Of a stretch of DNA of 64,000 nucleotides, positions 1-13,092 are shown piece by piece (positions within the stretch are counted from its first letter, which is position 1; every line of letters begins with the position of its first letter). The stretch covers positions 70,804,001 through 70,868,000 of the forward strand of contig NC_042998.1 in NCBI RefSeq assembly GCF_006345805.1, read 5' to 3'. The notes beneath the pieces are model-generated. The model did not search any database and was not told the origin of the DNA. It worked only from the letters and a program-made list of their open reading frames with translations. The DNA is from Octopus sinensis. Its lineage: Eukaryota. A program made the translations under genes and the position numbers.

Positions 1-197
1 CTTAAATTACTTCAATTATTTGTCAGCATTTTCTTCATTTCCTTTTATATATATATTATATATATATATACGTACATACATACATTAATAAATATTTCAG
101 TTTCCTATGCATATGTACATATATTTTATTGAAAAGAAACCGATTTGCATAATATATTCAGACAAGGTGTACATATATATACATATATATATATATA

Positions 198-604
198 TTA
201 CTCTTTACTCTTTTACTCTTTTACTTGTTTCAGTCATTTGACTGCGGCCATGCTGGAGCACCGCCTTTAGTCGAGCAAATCGACCCCGGGACTTATTGTT
301 TGTAAGCCCAGTACTTATTCTATCGGTCTCTTTTGCCGAACCGCTAAGTGATGGGGACGTAAACACACCAGCATCGGTTGTCAAGCAATGCTAGGGGGAC
401 AAACACAGACACACAAACACACACACACATACATATATATATACATATATACGACAGGCTACTTTCAGTTTCCTTCTACCAAATCCACTCACAGGCATTG
501 GTCGGCCCGGGGCTATAGCAGAAGATACTTGCCCAAGATGCCACGCAGTGGGACTGAACCCGGAACCATGTGGTTGGTTAGCAAGCTACTTACCACACAG
601 CCAC
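198..604 (-). mobile_element. tRNA-derived SINE, family A
   Basis: Minus strand starts with a tRNA-like head (A box TGGCTGTGTGG, B box GGTTCAGTCCC), then CTTGGGCAAG, an internal (TA)/(TG) microsatellite and an (AAAAGAGT)n tail. Near-identical copies at 13408-14091, 34607-35002 and 46028-46398. Confidence 0.9.
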
Positions 605-607
605 ATA

Positions 608-880
608 TACGTAAAGTCAAAATGAGGGTGAAAAAATTGGATATTAATTTAATAGCATCAATTTAAACACCAGTGGCCTAGCGTATAAAAGACTGATATT
701 CAGTAAATATTATTAATGCACAACTATGAGAGAGAATCCACTATGTGGACGCTATTACGCTAGATATAGATCAGCAAAGGGACTCAACCACTAAGAATTG
801 TTCTCAAGAAATAATTTAGCACACCAAGAACGTACGCGAGCAGGACAGAGCGTCCACATAGTAGATTCTCTCTCATAGTT
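608..880. repeat. Short non-coding insertion with a 32-bp inverted repeat (722-753 / 849-880)
   Basis: aactatgagagagaatccactatgtggacgct matches the reverse complement of 849-880 at 31/32 positions. The right end abuts (TA)n. Confidence 0.75.
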
Positions 881-931
881 TTATATATACATATATATGC
901 ATATACACGTATATATATATACATACATACA

Positions 932-1815
932 TCACAGCTGCATCCTCATTACACGAAAAAAGCCATTGCTAAAAAGATTTACTGAAATGATTCATGATTG
1001 TTGTCATGTGATGCCCTTATATGACTGTGCTGGCTGGCAGGAGAAACAGGTGTCACCATATGCACTCTCTTAACATGTCTTTTTGACCTCCAACTGCTAG
1101 GCACACCTTTCCACATTTTCCACATGCTCTGTTGTGAATTTAAATAGCCACATCATTGTTTATTAGGGGTTGATTTCTGTGAGAATTTTGATGGCTCACC
1201 AGGCCTGCACGACTCACACACATAAAAAGCAACACTCTCTCACTTTCCTCAGGTTCTCCCCTTCTAAGCACCCTCCGAATTGTCTCATGCTTTCCTTCTC
1301 AAACCTTGAACAACCATCATGCACTGTCTTCCTCCATCCACAACAGTCTTGTGCCTCCCTTTCCCAATTACCAGCTGCAATTCCTATCTCTATTAGAGCA
1401 TTTTATAGACAATCCTTAAACCTTAGTTTAGGCTTATGTGCTGGTCTCCTGCTATCTTATAGTTCACCATACAATGCCTGCTTGGGCAATCGCTCATCAA
1501 TACTGCTTGGGTAGTCGCTTACCAAATGTCCAAGCCACCTCAAACGTCTTTGCAAAATCATTGGCTCTATACTTCTGCTGCTACTTCACTCAAGCGTTTC
1601 CACATAACTAATGGCCATTTTCCAGTTTACCCCCACAATTTTTCTCAGATATTTTGATGAAATCGCTCCAATTACCTTACCTGCCTAAGGTAAATAACCT
1701 ATGCCTCACTTCCATATAGCAAAGATGGGAGGATACATGTGTTATATACCTTAACTTTCATTTGTGAAAATATATTTGTTGTTTCCACAGACACCTATCA
1801 AGCCTCCAGAAGTAC
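932..1815 (-). mobile_element. RTE-clade LINE 3' remnant (RT C-terminal region, decayed)
   Basis: Minus-strand translation across stops and frameshifts gives [47 protein letters not shown] and LRFKDCL, which are typical RTE post-RT motifs. Confidence 0.85.
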
Positions 1816-1831
1816 TACTATATACATGCAT

Positions 1832-1869
<38 letters not shown>

Positions 1870-2605
1870 ATATATATGTGTGTGTGTGGTGTGTGTGTGT
1901 TTGTATACATGTATATATTATATACATACACACACACATAAATATATATATATATATATATAATATATGTATTTATACATACACACATATATATATATAT
2001 ACATATTTATATATATACATATATATATAGATAATATATATATATATATATATTACACATGTATATATACATATATATATATACATATGTATATACATAT
2101 ATATATATATACATATACATATATTTACATAATATAGACATATACATATACATATATATGTATAATAATATAAATAGTATATAAATATATGCATATATAC
2201 ATATATGTACATACCTACATATATATGTTTATACACATGCATATATGGGTATAGGACTTTAAAAAATGCGTGAACAGAATGAGAAACGAGAACATAAAAA
2301 CAAAAACATAGAAAACGTACTTTTTTTTCGAACGACGAAAAAACAAACAGAGAAAGGAGACATGGGACAAAAAGAACATCCTCTTCATCAGATGTCTCCT
2401 GTTTTATCTACTCGATCAGACTTCGTTAAAACAGTCCTTCCCGTAAAGCAAATTAAATAAAATTTTGGAATTTTTGCAGAGGGTGAAAGTGGTAACAAAA
2501 ACAGGACAGTGAGGACAAAACAGTAAAAACAAACGGTGAGAGCTCTTAAGCCAATACGATATGAAGTAGCAGAAGTTATACATATATATATATATATATA
2601 TATGT

Positions 2606-2925
2606 GAGGGCGCGTAGCTTAGTGGTTAGGGCATTCGGCTCATGATCGTAAGGTTGTGAGTTCGATTCCCGGCGACGCGTTGTGTCCTTGAGCAAGACAC
2701 TTTATTTCACGTTGCTCCAGTCCACTCAGCTGGCAAAAATGAGTTGTACTTGTATTTCAAAGGGTCAGCCTTGTCACTCTCTGTGTCACGCTGATTATCC
2801 CGAGAACTACGTTAAGGGTACACGTGTCTGTGGAATGCTCAGCCATTTGCACGTTAATTCACGAGCAAGCTGTTCCGTTGATCGTATCAGCTGGGACTCT
2901 CGTCGTCGTAACCGGCGGAGTCTTT
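2606..2925 (+). mobile_element. tRNA-derived SINE, family B (tail type 1)
   Basis: A box TAGCTTAGTGG, B box AGTTCGATTCC, CORE-like TGTGTCCTTGAGCAAGACACTT. Second copy at 13093-13400. Flanked by (TA)n. Confidence 0.88.
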
Positions 2926-2943
2926 ATCTATATATATATATAT

Positions 2944-3050
<107 letters not shown>

Positions 3051-3090
3051 TATAAATGCATATTTATTCACACACATATACATACATACA

Positions 3091-3470
3091 TTGTATTGTA
3101 TTGGCATCCTTTCTGTCTCGGGAGACAATGGAGTTGCGCTTTTTTTTTTTTTTTTTTTCTAGGTCTAGTCCGGCTGTTATATTTTATTTCCTGTTACATT
3201 TCTTGCTGTGGCTGTGTAGTCCTATCCTGGACAAACACTCCCTCTGGCAGGTACTGCAAATGTAGCGAAGACTGTTCCTGGCTGGTTGTAGTGCCATGGT
3301 CTCTTGTTTATGTCTCTTCCTTTCTTTCCATTTCTCCTCTCTCTCTCTCTGTCACTCCTCTGTATACCCTCTTTTACTGTACGTCGCCATTCTCCACGGT
3401 TGCCGGCGACTGCCTCCCAACCGCTAATGTTGATGTTGCAGGCCTTCATATCCCTTTTGCAAACATCCTT
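3091..3470 (-). mobile_element. RTE LINE 3' end (ORF C-terminus, 3' UTR, (CAATA)n tail)
   Basis: Minus strand reads KDVCKRDMKACNINISGWEAVAGNRGEWRRTVKEG, then a C-terminal Zn-finger-like segment (RECLSRIGLHSH), and ends gagacagaaaggatgccaatacaatacaa. Confidence 0.85.
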
Positions 3471-3920
3471 TTAACGCTCGCGTGGGATCTGACCATGATT
3501 CGTGGCCCATTTGTGTTGGACACTTTGGTATTGGCAACATGAATGACAATGGTCAGAGACTACTCGAATTCTGCACATACCACAACCTGTGCATCACAAA
3601 CACATTCTTTACCAGCAAGCCATCCCACAAGGCATCCTGGAGACATCCAAGATCTCACCACTGGCATCAGCTGGATCTCATCATTACACGGAGATCCTTT
3701 CTGAGTTCCACTCTATTGACCCGCAGTTACCACAGTGCGGATTGTGACACAGACCACTCACTAATTAGAAGCAGGGTGAGGATTCTCCCTAAAAAAGTCC
3801 ATCGCTCCAAGAAAGTGGGCCGACCACGCATCAACACCGCCAGAACCTCGGACCCTACACTGCGAAAATGTTTTGCTGCTTCTATCAAGGTTGCCCTCAG
3901 TAGCTGCCCAACCTCCTCTG
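3470..3920 (+). mobile_element. RTE LINE APE-endonuclease fragment, inverted relative to the adjacent 3' end
   Basis: FNARVG...NDNGQRLLEFC...LCITNTFF...SWRHPRSHHWHQLDLII...DCDTDHSLI are the APE motifs of RTE elements. The reading frame is uninterrupted. Confidence 0.92.
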
Positions 3921-4205
3921 TTTATGCCAATATTTTGGAGTTACGATCCCATTTTCAAGAAATTGACGGCAGTATTCGTCAATTTCCAGAAAATGCTGTT
4001 ATAACCCCAAAATATTAGATAATATGTAAGTCTACATTAATTTACATATTCCTTTTCTTGTGATTTACCTTGAATTTACTTCTCCTTGTTTTGGCCTTAC
4101 CCACGATCTTTATAGAATATATATATATTCATTTATATATATATATATAAATACATACACACAGATATATATATACATATACGTATTACATATATATATA
4201 TATAC

Positions 4206-4236
<31 letters not shown>

Positions 4237-4271
4237 CATATATACGTGCATATACACACATACACACACAT

Positions 4272-4321
<50 letters not shown>

Positions 4322-4357
4322 ACATACATACATACATACATACACACACACATATAT

Positions 4358-5027
4358 ATGCATACATATATATATATATATATAAATTAGAGAAAAACCA
4401 ATATTATGTAATTTAAACAATGATAGACATAAAACATATCATATAGAAAAAATAAAATATATGACATAACAATTATCTAGATCACAAAAAGTACATAATA
4501 AAAAATAAACAGTATATAATAAGTAAAAAGACTACGTGCGTTTCGTGGCTATAACTCAATTGGAATTACAATTGAATTTAAATTTAATCGATCCAAAACA
4601 ATTCAGTTTAAAAGTATAGTCACTCCTATACCAGGTTAGTATCACCATGCTAGAGATTTGGGTTAACGATAATGTCTGAAAATCCAAGAGGTACAAAAGT
4701 TGGAGAGAGTGTATGTAAAGCATATAAGAGAAATGATGTGAGAGAGTAGATATTCATCCTATCCGTTTAAATCTTTTTTGTCGAATATAGTGATGCCATG
4801 TCAATATTAGGACATATAAATTATGCATATACAAAAGTACAAATATAAATATATATGCATGCGTATAAACTTATATAGACCGGTGCTGATATGAGACGAA
4901 CTAGACTAATTGTCAAACGATTAGTAAATATATGAAGGGATTTGAAAATCTATATATCTATCTATCTATATCTATCTATCTATCTACTATCTATCTATAT
5001 CTATCTATCTATATCTATCTATCTATC

Positions 5028-5064
<37 letters not shown>

Positions 5065-5078
5065 TATCTGTCTACACA

Positions 5079-5111
<33 letters not shown>

Positions 5112-5753
5112 CATACATACATACATACATACATACATACACACACACATATATAATGCATACATATATATATATATATAAATTAGAGAAAAACCAATAT
5201 TATGTAATTTAAACAATGATAGACATAAAACATATCATATAGAAAAAATAAAATATATGACATAACAATTATCTAGATCACAAAAAGTACATAATAAAAA
5301 AATAAACAGTATATAATAAGTAAAAAGACTACGTGCGTTTCGTGGCTATAACTTCAATTGGAATTACAATTGAATTTAAATTTAATCGATCCAAAACAAT
5401 TCAGTTTAAAAGTATAGTCACTCCTATACCAGGTTAGTATCACCATGCTAGAGATTTGGGTTAACGATAATGTCTGAAAATCCAAGAGGTACAAAAGTTG
5501 GAGAGAGTGTATGTAAAGCATATAAGAGAAATGATGTGAGAGAGTAGATATTCATCCTATCCGTTTAAATCTTTTTTGTCGAATATAGTGATGCCATGTC
5601 AATATTAGGACATATAAATTATGCATATACAAAAGTACAAATATAAATATATATGCATGCGTATAAACTTATATAGACCGGTGCTGATATGAGACGAACT
5701 AGACTAATTGTCAAAACGATTAGTAAATATATGAAGGGATTTGAAAATCTATA

Positions 5754-5792
<39 letters not shown>

Positions 5793-5793
5793 G

Positions 5794-5838
<45 letters not shown>

Positions 5839-5843
5839 GTCTG

Positions 5844-5894
<51 letters not shown>

Positions 5895-5900
5895 TTATAT
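4358..5900. repeat. Tandem duplication with ~797-bp period (unique core 4384-4952 / 5180-5751 plus microsatellite flanks)
   Basis: The two cores are identical apart from a few 1-bp homopolymer indels. Confidence 0.95.
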
Positions 5901-5905
5901 ATATA

Positions 5906-7126
5906 CAAGGGTTGGATAAAATAATGGAAATATCTAGCATCATAGCATCATAAATTTGAAATATCTATAAAACCGTCAAAAACTTGTTTAATTTTATGTT
6001 TTTTGATTTATTATTAGTGTTGCTTAATATTTTGCTAAAATTGTTGTCTCTTGTCAGTTATCATCTGAAAAAGGTAATTAAAATTAATTAAATTGAGAGA
6101 TCTATCGGACTTTCAAAGAGGTCAAATTGTTGGTGTTCGTATGGCAGGCGCTAGCGTAACGAAAACAGCCAAAATGTTTGGTGTATCAAGAAGTACTGTC
6201 TCGAAAGTAATGACAGCCTTTAAGAAAGGGGGAAAAAACCTTTGAGAAAGAGGGAAAACCTCCTCACCGAAACAAAATGCAGGAAGAAAAAAAGAAAGGA
6301 TCACAAAACTACAGCTCCCAAAATTACTGCGGAGCTTAATGACCACCTCGAGAACTCAGTTTCCACAAGAACTGTTCGCCGGGAGCTGCACAAAGCCGGA
6401 TTTCACAGGAGGGCTGCAATCAGAAAACCACTACTTTCAAAAACAAATGCTGGAAAGCGTTTAGAGTGGAGTAAAAACCTACAGAATTGGTCCCTTTAAC
6501 AGTGGAAGAATGATATTTTCTCGGACGAATAAAACTTTACCTTATTTTAGACCACCGGCCGAGTATACGTGTGGAGACATCCAAAAGAAGCATTTGACCG
6601 TGAGTGCCTTCTTCCAACTGTTAAACATGGAGGAGGTTCTATGATGATCTGGTTGGGGGGGGATATATATGGGAAACCCGCCGGCTCAATGGTTTCCCTT
6701 CATTGGCAGGATTAATAGTCAAAACTATTTAAGCATTTTATCTGATCAAATTTATCCTATGGTTGCAGAACTGTTTCCGGGGGCGAAATCCAATCTTTCA
6801 GGATGATAATGCACCAATTCACACAGTTAGAGCTATTACTGAATGGCATGAGGAACATTCTAGTGAAGTTGAACATCTTATCTGGGTGCCACAGTCCCCA
6901 GATCTCAATATTACAGAAGTCTATATCCTCCACCATCATCACTACAAGAACTGGAGACTGTTTTAGCTGAAAAATGAAAAAAATTCGTTTCGAAAGAATT
7001 AAAACTTTGTACGAGCCCAAAATACGTAGAATTCAAGCTGTAATTAATGCCGAAAGCGGTCCTACCCCATATTGAAATAAGTTTGTTTGAAATTTTAAGG
7101 TGTTACCATCATTTTGTCCAACCCTG
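5906..7126 (+). mobile_element. Tc1 DNA transposon with decayed DD34E-type transposase (~6092-7075)
   Basis: TIRs caagggttggataaaataatgg / ccatcattttgtccaaccctg with TA on both sides. Protein RDLSDFQRGQIVGVRMAGASVTKTA, TVRRELHKAGF, IFSDE, FQDDNAPIHT, SPDLNITE. Contains stops, frameshifts and internal deletions. Confidence 0.95.
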
Positions 7127-7233
7127 TATATATATTATATATATATATATATATATACATACATATATATATATTATATACATCGGCAATCATGATATAG
7201 TATAATGTAGTAAAATATGATATCATATATACA

Positions 7234-7313
<80 letters not shown>

Positions 7314-7377
7314 TTATTTATATATATATATATATTATATATATATATATATATATATTATTTATATATATATATAA

Positions 7378-7708
7378 TCGACAGTTTATATTTACTGCTG
7401 AGAAAACCGCACGAGAGTGGAGGATTTTGAAAACTTATAGCATATAGACTCGAGGCATGGTTATTATCGCCTCGTGACTATATGGTAGTCCTTGGCTTTC
7501 TGCTGAAGAGACAACGCCATTCGTAAATAAATTTTATTTATTTATTTACAAAAGATTGCCGAAACTATGCATAGTCCAGAAAGGATAGGTTAAACGTTTG
7601 TATTTCTCTTTCCATTTCAGAATTACAACTATTAGTGGTTTGGAGTTTAACTGCTCTTTTTAGTGAGTCAGATGTCCTACTATAGCCATCCCTTATATGT
7701 TTGAGAGT
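7378..7708 (+). mobile_element. ~330-bp non-autonomous hammerhead-bearing element (retrozyme/PLE pLTR-like) in (TA)n
   Basis: Unique-looking segment bounded by (TA)n on both sides. It contains the hammerhead and an upstream hairpin (7441-7484) and has no ORF. Confidence 0.6.
7496..7583 (+). ncRNA. Type I hammerhead ribozyme (Penelope/retrozyme-type)
   Basis: Stem I CTTTCTG (7496-7502) / CAGAAAG (7577-7583). Core CTGAAGA (7503-7509). Stem II GACAA...TTGCC with one A-C mismatch, extended by an internal GTAAATAAAT/ATTTATTTAC hairpin. GAAA (7561-7564). Palindromic stem III CTATGCATAG. Cleavage triplet GTC ending at 7576. Confidence 0.8.
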
Positions 7709-7877
7709 ATATATATATATATATATAATATATATATATATATATAATATATATACATTTATACATATATATATATATACATTTATACATATATATATAT
7801 ATTGTACATGATTATATATTTCTTCTTTAAGAAACCTTTAGAATCTATGTTAAAGAATGGATTTATGTGTGTGTGTT

Positions 7878-7962
<85 letters not shown>

Positions 7963-8365
7963 TTGCATATATTTCTATGTTTCCTACTTAACAATTTTTA
8001 TAAGTCTCTGCAGTCATATAAAAAGTTATGAACTACAACCCGATCTGATTTTTTCGCATATAAAACCATATTAAACATGGTATTGTTTTCTCCTAAGAAA
8101 TTGTGGTCTGCGATCGATCATTATTAGCTGTTGGAAATAGGAGTTCAAAAATATCCCAATTTTGCTGTAGATACGTGTTTGAAAAGTGCTACTTTGTCAC
8201 TTTTTATGTTAGCTATACACGGACGAGAGGATATTTATCTGACATGTTTATCTGTGCTGATACTAAGATTCAGAAGCTAAAAAGTAGTTATTGTACCTGC
8301 ATTACATGTTAATAAATTTGTAATACATAAATACGACAGAATTTTTATTTATACATACATACACA

Positions 8366-8451
<86 letters not shown>

Positions 8452-10458
8452 TTGAGTATGTGTACACCTGCGTGTGTTTGAGTGAACACGTATGTTTAAA
8501 CTTATATACGTATATTTTTGTGTGTATAACATACACGGACACGGACACACACACACACGGACACGGACACACACACACACACACGTGCATACATACATAT
8601 TAAATAGTAATGTACAGAAATAACTTACATTTGTTTACACATCTGTATGTATGCTGTGCGGTTATATACGAATTAACTTTTACTCTGCTTTGCAATAGTG
8701 AAATTCGTGTTTGTAAACATACCGTTATATAATATATATAGTTATAAGCAGATATATTCATACATAAACTGGTGTACACCCGTGCATACATACATACATA
8801 CATACATACATACATACATACATACATACATACATACATACATGCATTCATGTATTTACAGATACATACATACATGTAGAGAAACAAACATAATGAATAC
8901 ACATATAAATATATGCTTTTAAAAGCAATTTATTATATAGATATACAGAAATATTTCCGATCAAAACTGCACAATTCCTTACTTGTATGGCTACATGCAC
9001 CGTTGAATACTAAGTGCCAAACAATGTCTTTTCTTCCGTAATGGTGATGGTCTTTCAAAATTTACCGATCTTTCTATATAAATTGCATCATTTCAATGAT
9101 TTCACTTGAAAAATATCATCAATGTTTGCTGAATATTACTTTTCTATTGGCATCTTGCGTATTTTCCGTGCTCTTACATATGGTCGTATTCAGCATATAT
9201 TTTATTTGTTGATATTTTTAGAACATAAATGGTTTCACTCCAATTGTTTACGTTTATTATGCATTCTTTATGGCTTTTACAAAAGTTCTCTCAGCTCTCC
9301 TCGCACTCCTCCATCTTCTTGGAACTAAAGTATGTTTACGTTTTATAAGAGGTTTTCAGTGCAAAGTAAAATATTTCAGAAACAACCAGGAGAGCTGGCT
9401 TTCGCTTGACGACCATTAAAGTATATTCAATAAAAGCAGAGTTGTGTAAGTAGCAGAAACAAAATAAGGCTAAACAAGACAAAACAACAGCGTAGTAACC
9501 CTACGAATACAGTAGCAACGAGGAAATCAGTGACATGATAATCATCAACAAGAACGCACACAAAATGTCGGAAGCAACTCTGTTAACCGTAAGAGCCAAA
9601 GCATTAATAACATCAGCGGCAGTCACATATGAAAACATGGATAATCAAAGAAAGAATAAATGCAACAGGAAAAACAATAAAAATAATGTTTCAGAAATGT
9701 TCTCAGCTAAATTCGATTGAAAATATTTGTTTGACAGATGGAAGTTAAAATAACAGTAATGTCAGTATTTCTGCTTTTATGATCTGGCGAGCTCACTACA
9801 TGGAATGTTTATTTTCCGAGTTCTGATATATGACAAATAAATGTCGAACAAATCCTGCAATTAGTTATGCATCATAAACCTACATCTTGTATAGAATTAC
9901 ACTGGAAAAATTCCGATGTCACTGACATCTCTTAAAGGACAATGATATGCAGGTAGTAAGGGTTTATGACCCAGAAGTAGGAAGCTGTGTATTTTAATTT
10001 ATTTTTTTCATATTTCTGTAATAACTTTGTCAGCAGGGAAACGACAACATCCATGACCTTGTACACGACCTCTGCGACTTATGGGAGGAACTGAGGATGA
10101 TATTATGAGATCAGATTATTAGCCTGATTGCATGCAACAAGATGGACTCTCCTACAGACACCCAACGACGACTTATTGATATCAAACCGAGCAACAGCCT
10201 ATCATGCAATAACAAGAATATTCTCTCTGAATCCACACAATATCTACCAACATATTCATAAAACTTTTTCTTAGAAGTCGACGCTGTGAGAAAAGACACT
10301 TACCTAAGGTGCCATAAAAAGGGTTTGAACCCAAACCTTGTCATTGTGGGGTTCAGGCCACAAATATAGATCCTTTTCCATATAAGAGGTAATGAATTCA
10401 GTGGCTATTCACATAATATATCTTGAAAATAAAGTACTGAAAGTTTTCAAGGAGATAA

Positions 10459-11108
10459 TTCTTTCTAACTTTAGCGCAAGGCCAGCAATTTTAAGGGAAT
10501 GGGGTTCGTTAATTATGTCGATCTCAAAGCTTAACTGGCACGTATTCTATCGACACCGAAGGTTTGAAAGGCAAAGTCCATCTTGGCGGAATTTGAGCTG
10601 AAATTTAATCAGTCGGAAAAAAATATTTGATCCGACTCTCTACCGATTTTGTCATCTCGCCACCTTCTTTAATGTAATAATGATAACTCTTTCTGCTATA
10701 GTCACAAGGCCTGAAATTTTAAGGGAAGGCGCTAGTCGATTATATCGAACACAGTCCTTGACTACTACTTATTTCATCAACACTCGAACGGATGGGAGGC
10801 TAAGTCAACCTCGAGCGCATTTGAACTCAGAAGGTAGAGGAGGATGAAATGCCGTCAAGCATTTTGTAAGTCGTACTAACGATTCTTATTTCTTTATAAC
10901 CCACAATATAGAGGGGACAAACAAGGTCAGACAAAGAGATTTAGTCGGTTACATCGACCCCAGTGCGTAACTGGCACTTATTTAATCGACCCCAAAAGGA
11001 TGAAAGGCAAAGTCGACCTCGGCGGAATTTGAACTCAGAACGTAGCGACGGGCGATATACTGCTAAGCATTTCGCCCGGCGTGCTAATGATTCTGCCAGC
11101 TCGCCGCC
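10459..11108 (-). mobile_element. Cluster of three family-C SINE copies of differing divergence
   Basis: Three consecutive reverse-complement matches to ggcggcgagctggcaga...gagttcaaattccgccgaggtcgactttgcctttcatcc...ggggtcgat at ~10459-10668, 10687-10885 and 10886-11108. Confidence 0.85.
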
Positions 11109-11778
11109 CTCCTGCCGTACTAACGATTCTACCGGCTCACCGCCTTCAAGTAAATAATAATGATAGGAACTGGTGATGACATGTTTGAATTTTTTACTAC
11201 CACATTCATATAAAGATGTTACAAACTCAATAATTTATAATCGAGATTCCAAATTACTCATAATGAGTAATATGAGACTGAATTAATCTAACAGAGTCTG
11301 GTAATAACGTAATGTAATATAACAGACAACACATTTTGTTCGTTTTATAATGATTACATGATTTATAAAGATATTGCTGCAGTTAGATTTAGTCTAATCC
11401 AGAGTGAGATTAATGATTATGGCCTGGTCATTGTTTTCAGGGAGCTCTAGAGAAGTACGAATAGTCAATAAGTTCATGCCATATTCCTAAATTTAACGCT
11501 TATCACTTGCATCAGTCTAATTCTTTGATTCGCAGATATCAATAGCCACTTCATCGCTTCTGAAAACAAAAAAAACTAACCCGGCCAAGACAAAAATTGG
11601 GTTCAAACTCCCCAATATAATTTGAGCTTATAAGTATCTCTATTAATTACTTAACTTTCTTGTATTTTTGAGGAATATAATTGCACAGTCAGATAATTTA
11701 TAAGATGCAACTCGGTGGATGTAATTCATTTCGCTGCTTCACTTTTTCAAGTTCAGTATGTATAGAGGTAAATATCAA

Positions 11779-11998
11779 TCCTTTCTACTACTGGCACAAG
11801 GCTTGATATTTTGGTAGAAGGGGTGGATGAAGTCGATTACATCGACCCCAGTGCGTAACTGGTACTTATCTAATCGACCCCGAAAGGATAAAAGGTAAAG
11901 TGAACCTCAGGGACATTTGAACTCAGAACGCAAAGACGAAGAAATACTGCTAAGCATTTTGCCCGGCTTGCTAGCGAGGCTGTCAGCTCGCTGCTTTG
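11779..11998 (-). mobile_element. SINE family C
   Basis: Matches 20833-21068 in reverse complement. Confidence 0.85.
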
Positions 11999-12184
11999 AG
12001 GTGAACATTAATAAAAATAAAATGAGTTACTATGAAGTTTAACATTTTGAGGAGGACTTTTCTTCCGAGATAAAAATGGAATGTTCTGTGTTAGAACTGA
12101 ATTAATCAGTTTCATGTTGTGCATGCGTTTGCGTGTATATGTTTGTGTGTGTGTCTGCGAGTGTTTGTGTGAGCGAGCAAGCAA

Positions 12185-12186
12185 GA

Positions 12187-12268
<82 letters not shown>
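12185..12268. repeat. (GA)n microsatellite
   Basis: Direct inspection. Confidence 0.97.
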
Positions 12269-12270
<2 letters not shown>

Positions 12271-12310
12271 TATTGGAGTCCTAAACTGTCGATTTTCTCC
12301 CGATATCTCC

Positions 12311-12470
12311 CATCTGTCTTTACGTTCTGGGTCCAAATTCCGCCGAGATCGACTTTGTATTTCATCCTTTCGGGGTCGATAAATTAAGTGCCATTTGAGT
12401 ACTGGGGCCGATCTAATCGACTGGCCCCTCCCCCAAAATTTCGGGCCGTGTGCCTAGAGTAGAAAAGAAT
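12311..12470 (+). mobile_element. SINE family C, 5'-truncated
   Basis: caaattccgccgagatcgacttt...catcctttcggggtcgataaattaag...agagtagaaaagaat. Confidence 0.82.
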
Positions 12471-13092
12471 GTGAGCCCGGCGAAATATTAGCACATTCTC
12501 TTGCAGTATGCACAGTTGTGCCGGCTGGCAGGAGGAACAGGCGCCACAGTATGAACTCTTTTGCCATATCTTTCCAATCCTCCAACTGAAAGGCACATCT
12601 TTCTACAGGTTGCACCTGTTATGTTGTGAACACTAGCCATATCACACACAAACAGTTTTCTGTGTAGTCATTTGGAATCCTTATCGAATGTGCAATGGCT
12701 TTTCACTATGTTTAGTTTATGCTATGTAGCATATAACCAATGGAAGTGACTATCACTGCATTATTTCTCACCTACAAAAACGAAATTATATAACACAAGC
12801 TAATATTTCTTAAGGTTATGTATGTAACTGAGTGAAATGGTTATTTCTGTCATAAGTTGTAATATTATAAATGTAAATAAAGGTAAATAGTTTGATTTTC
12901 TCTTCTGGGATATATACATGTAACTTTAATATCTAACTGATTGTCGTTCTATTATTTCTTCTCCAACAATTTGTAGTTATATAAAAGTAAATGGTATTTC
13001 CTTAGGTGATACATTTAACTGAGTGTTCTTTTTGTCATAAAAAAATTCTAAGTGAATATTCATAAACATCACGTCGTTAGTTTATATATAGT

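Noticed and set aside
2340-2420. Hammerhead on the minus strand (CTGATGA at ~2385-2391)
   Set aside because: There is no correctly placed GAAA, stem III or NUH in this copy.
2606-2680. Functional tRNA genes at SINE heads
   Set aside because: A and B boxes are present, but the acceptor stems do not close and the sequence continues into SINE bodies.
3482-4018. Host 'craniofacial development protein 2-like' gene
   Set aside because: This is an RTE APE endonuclease fragment, a common mis-annotation.
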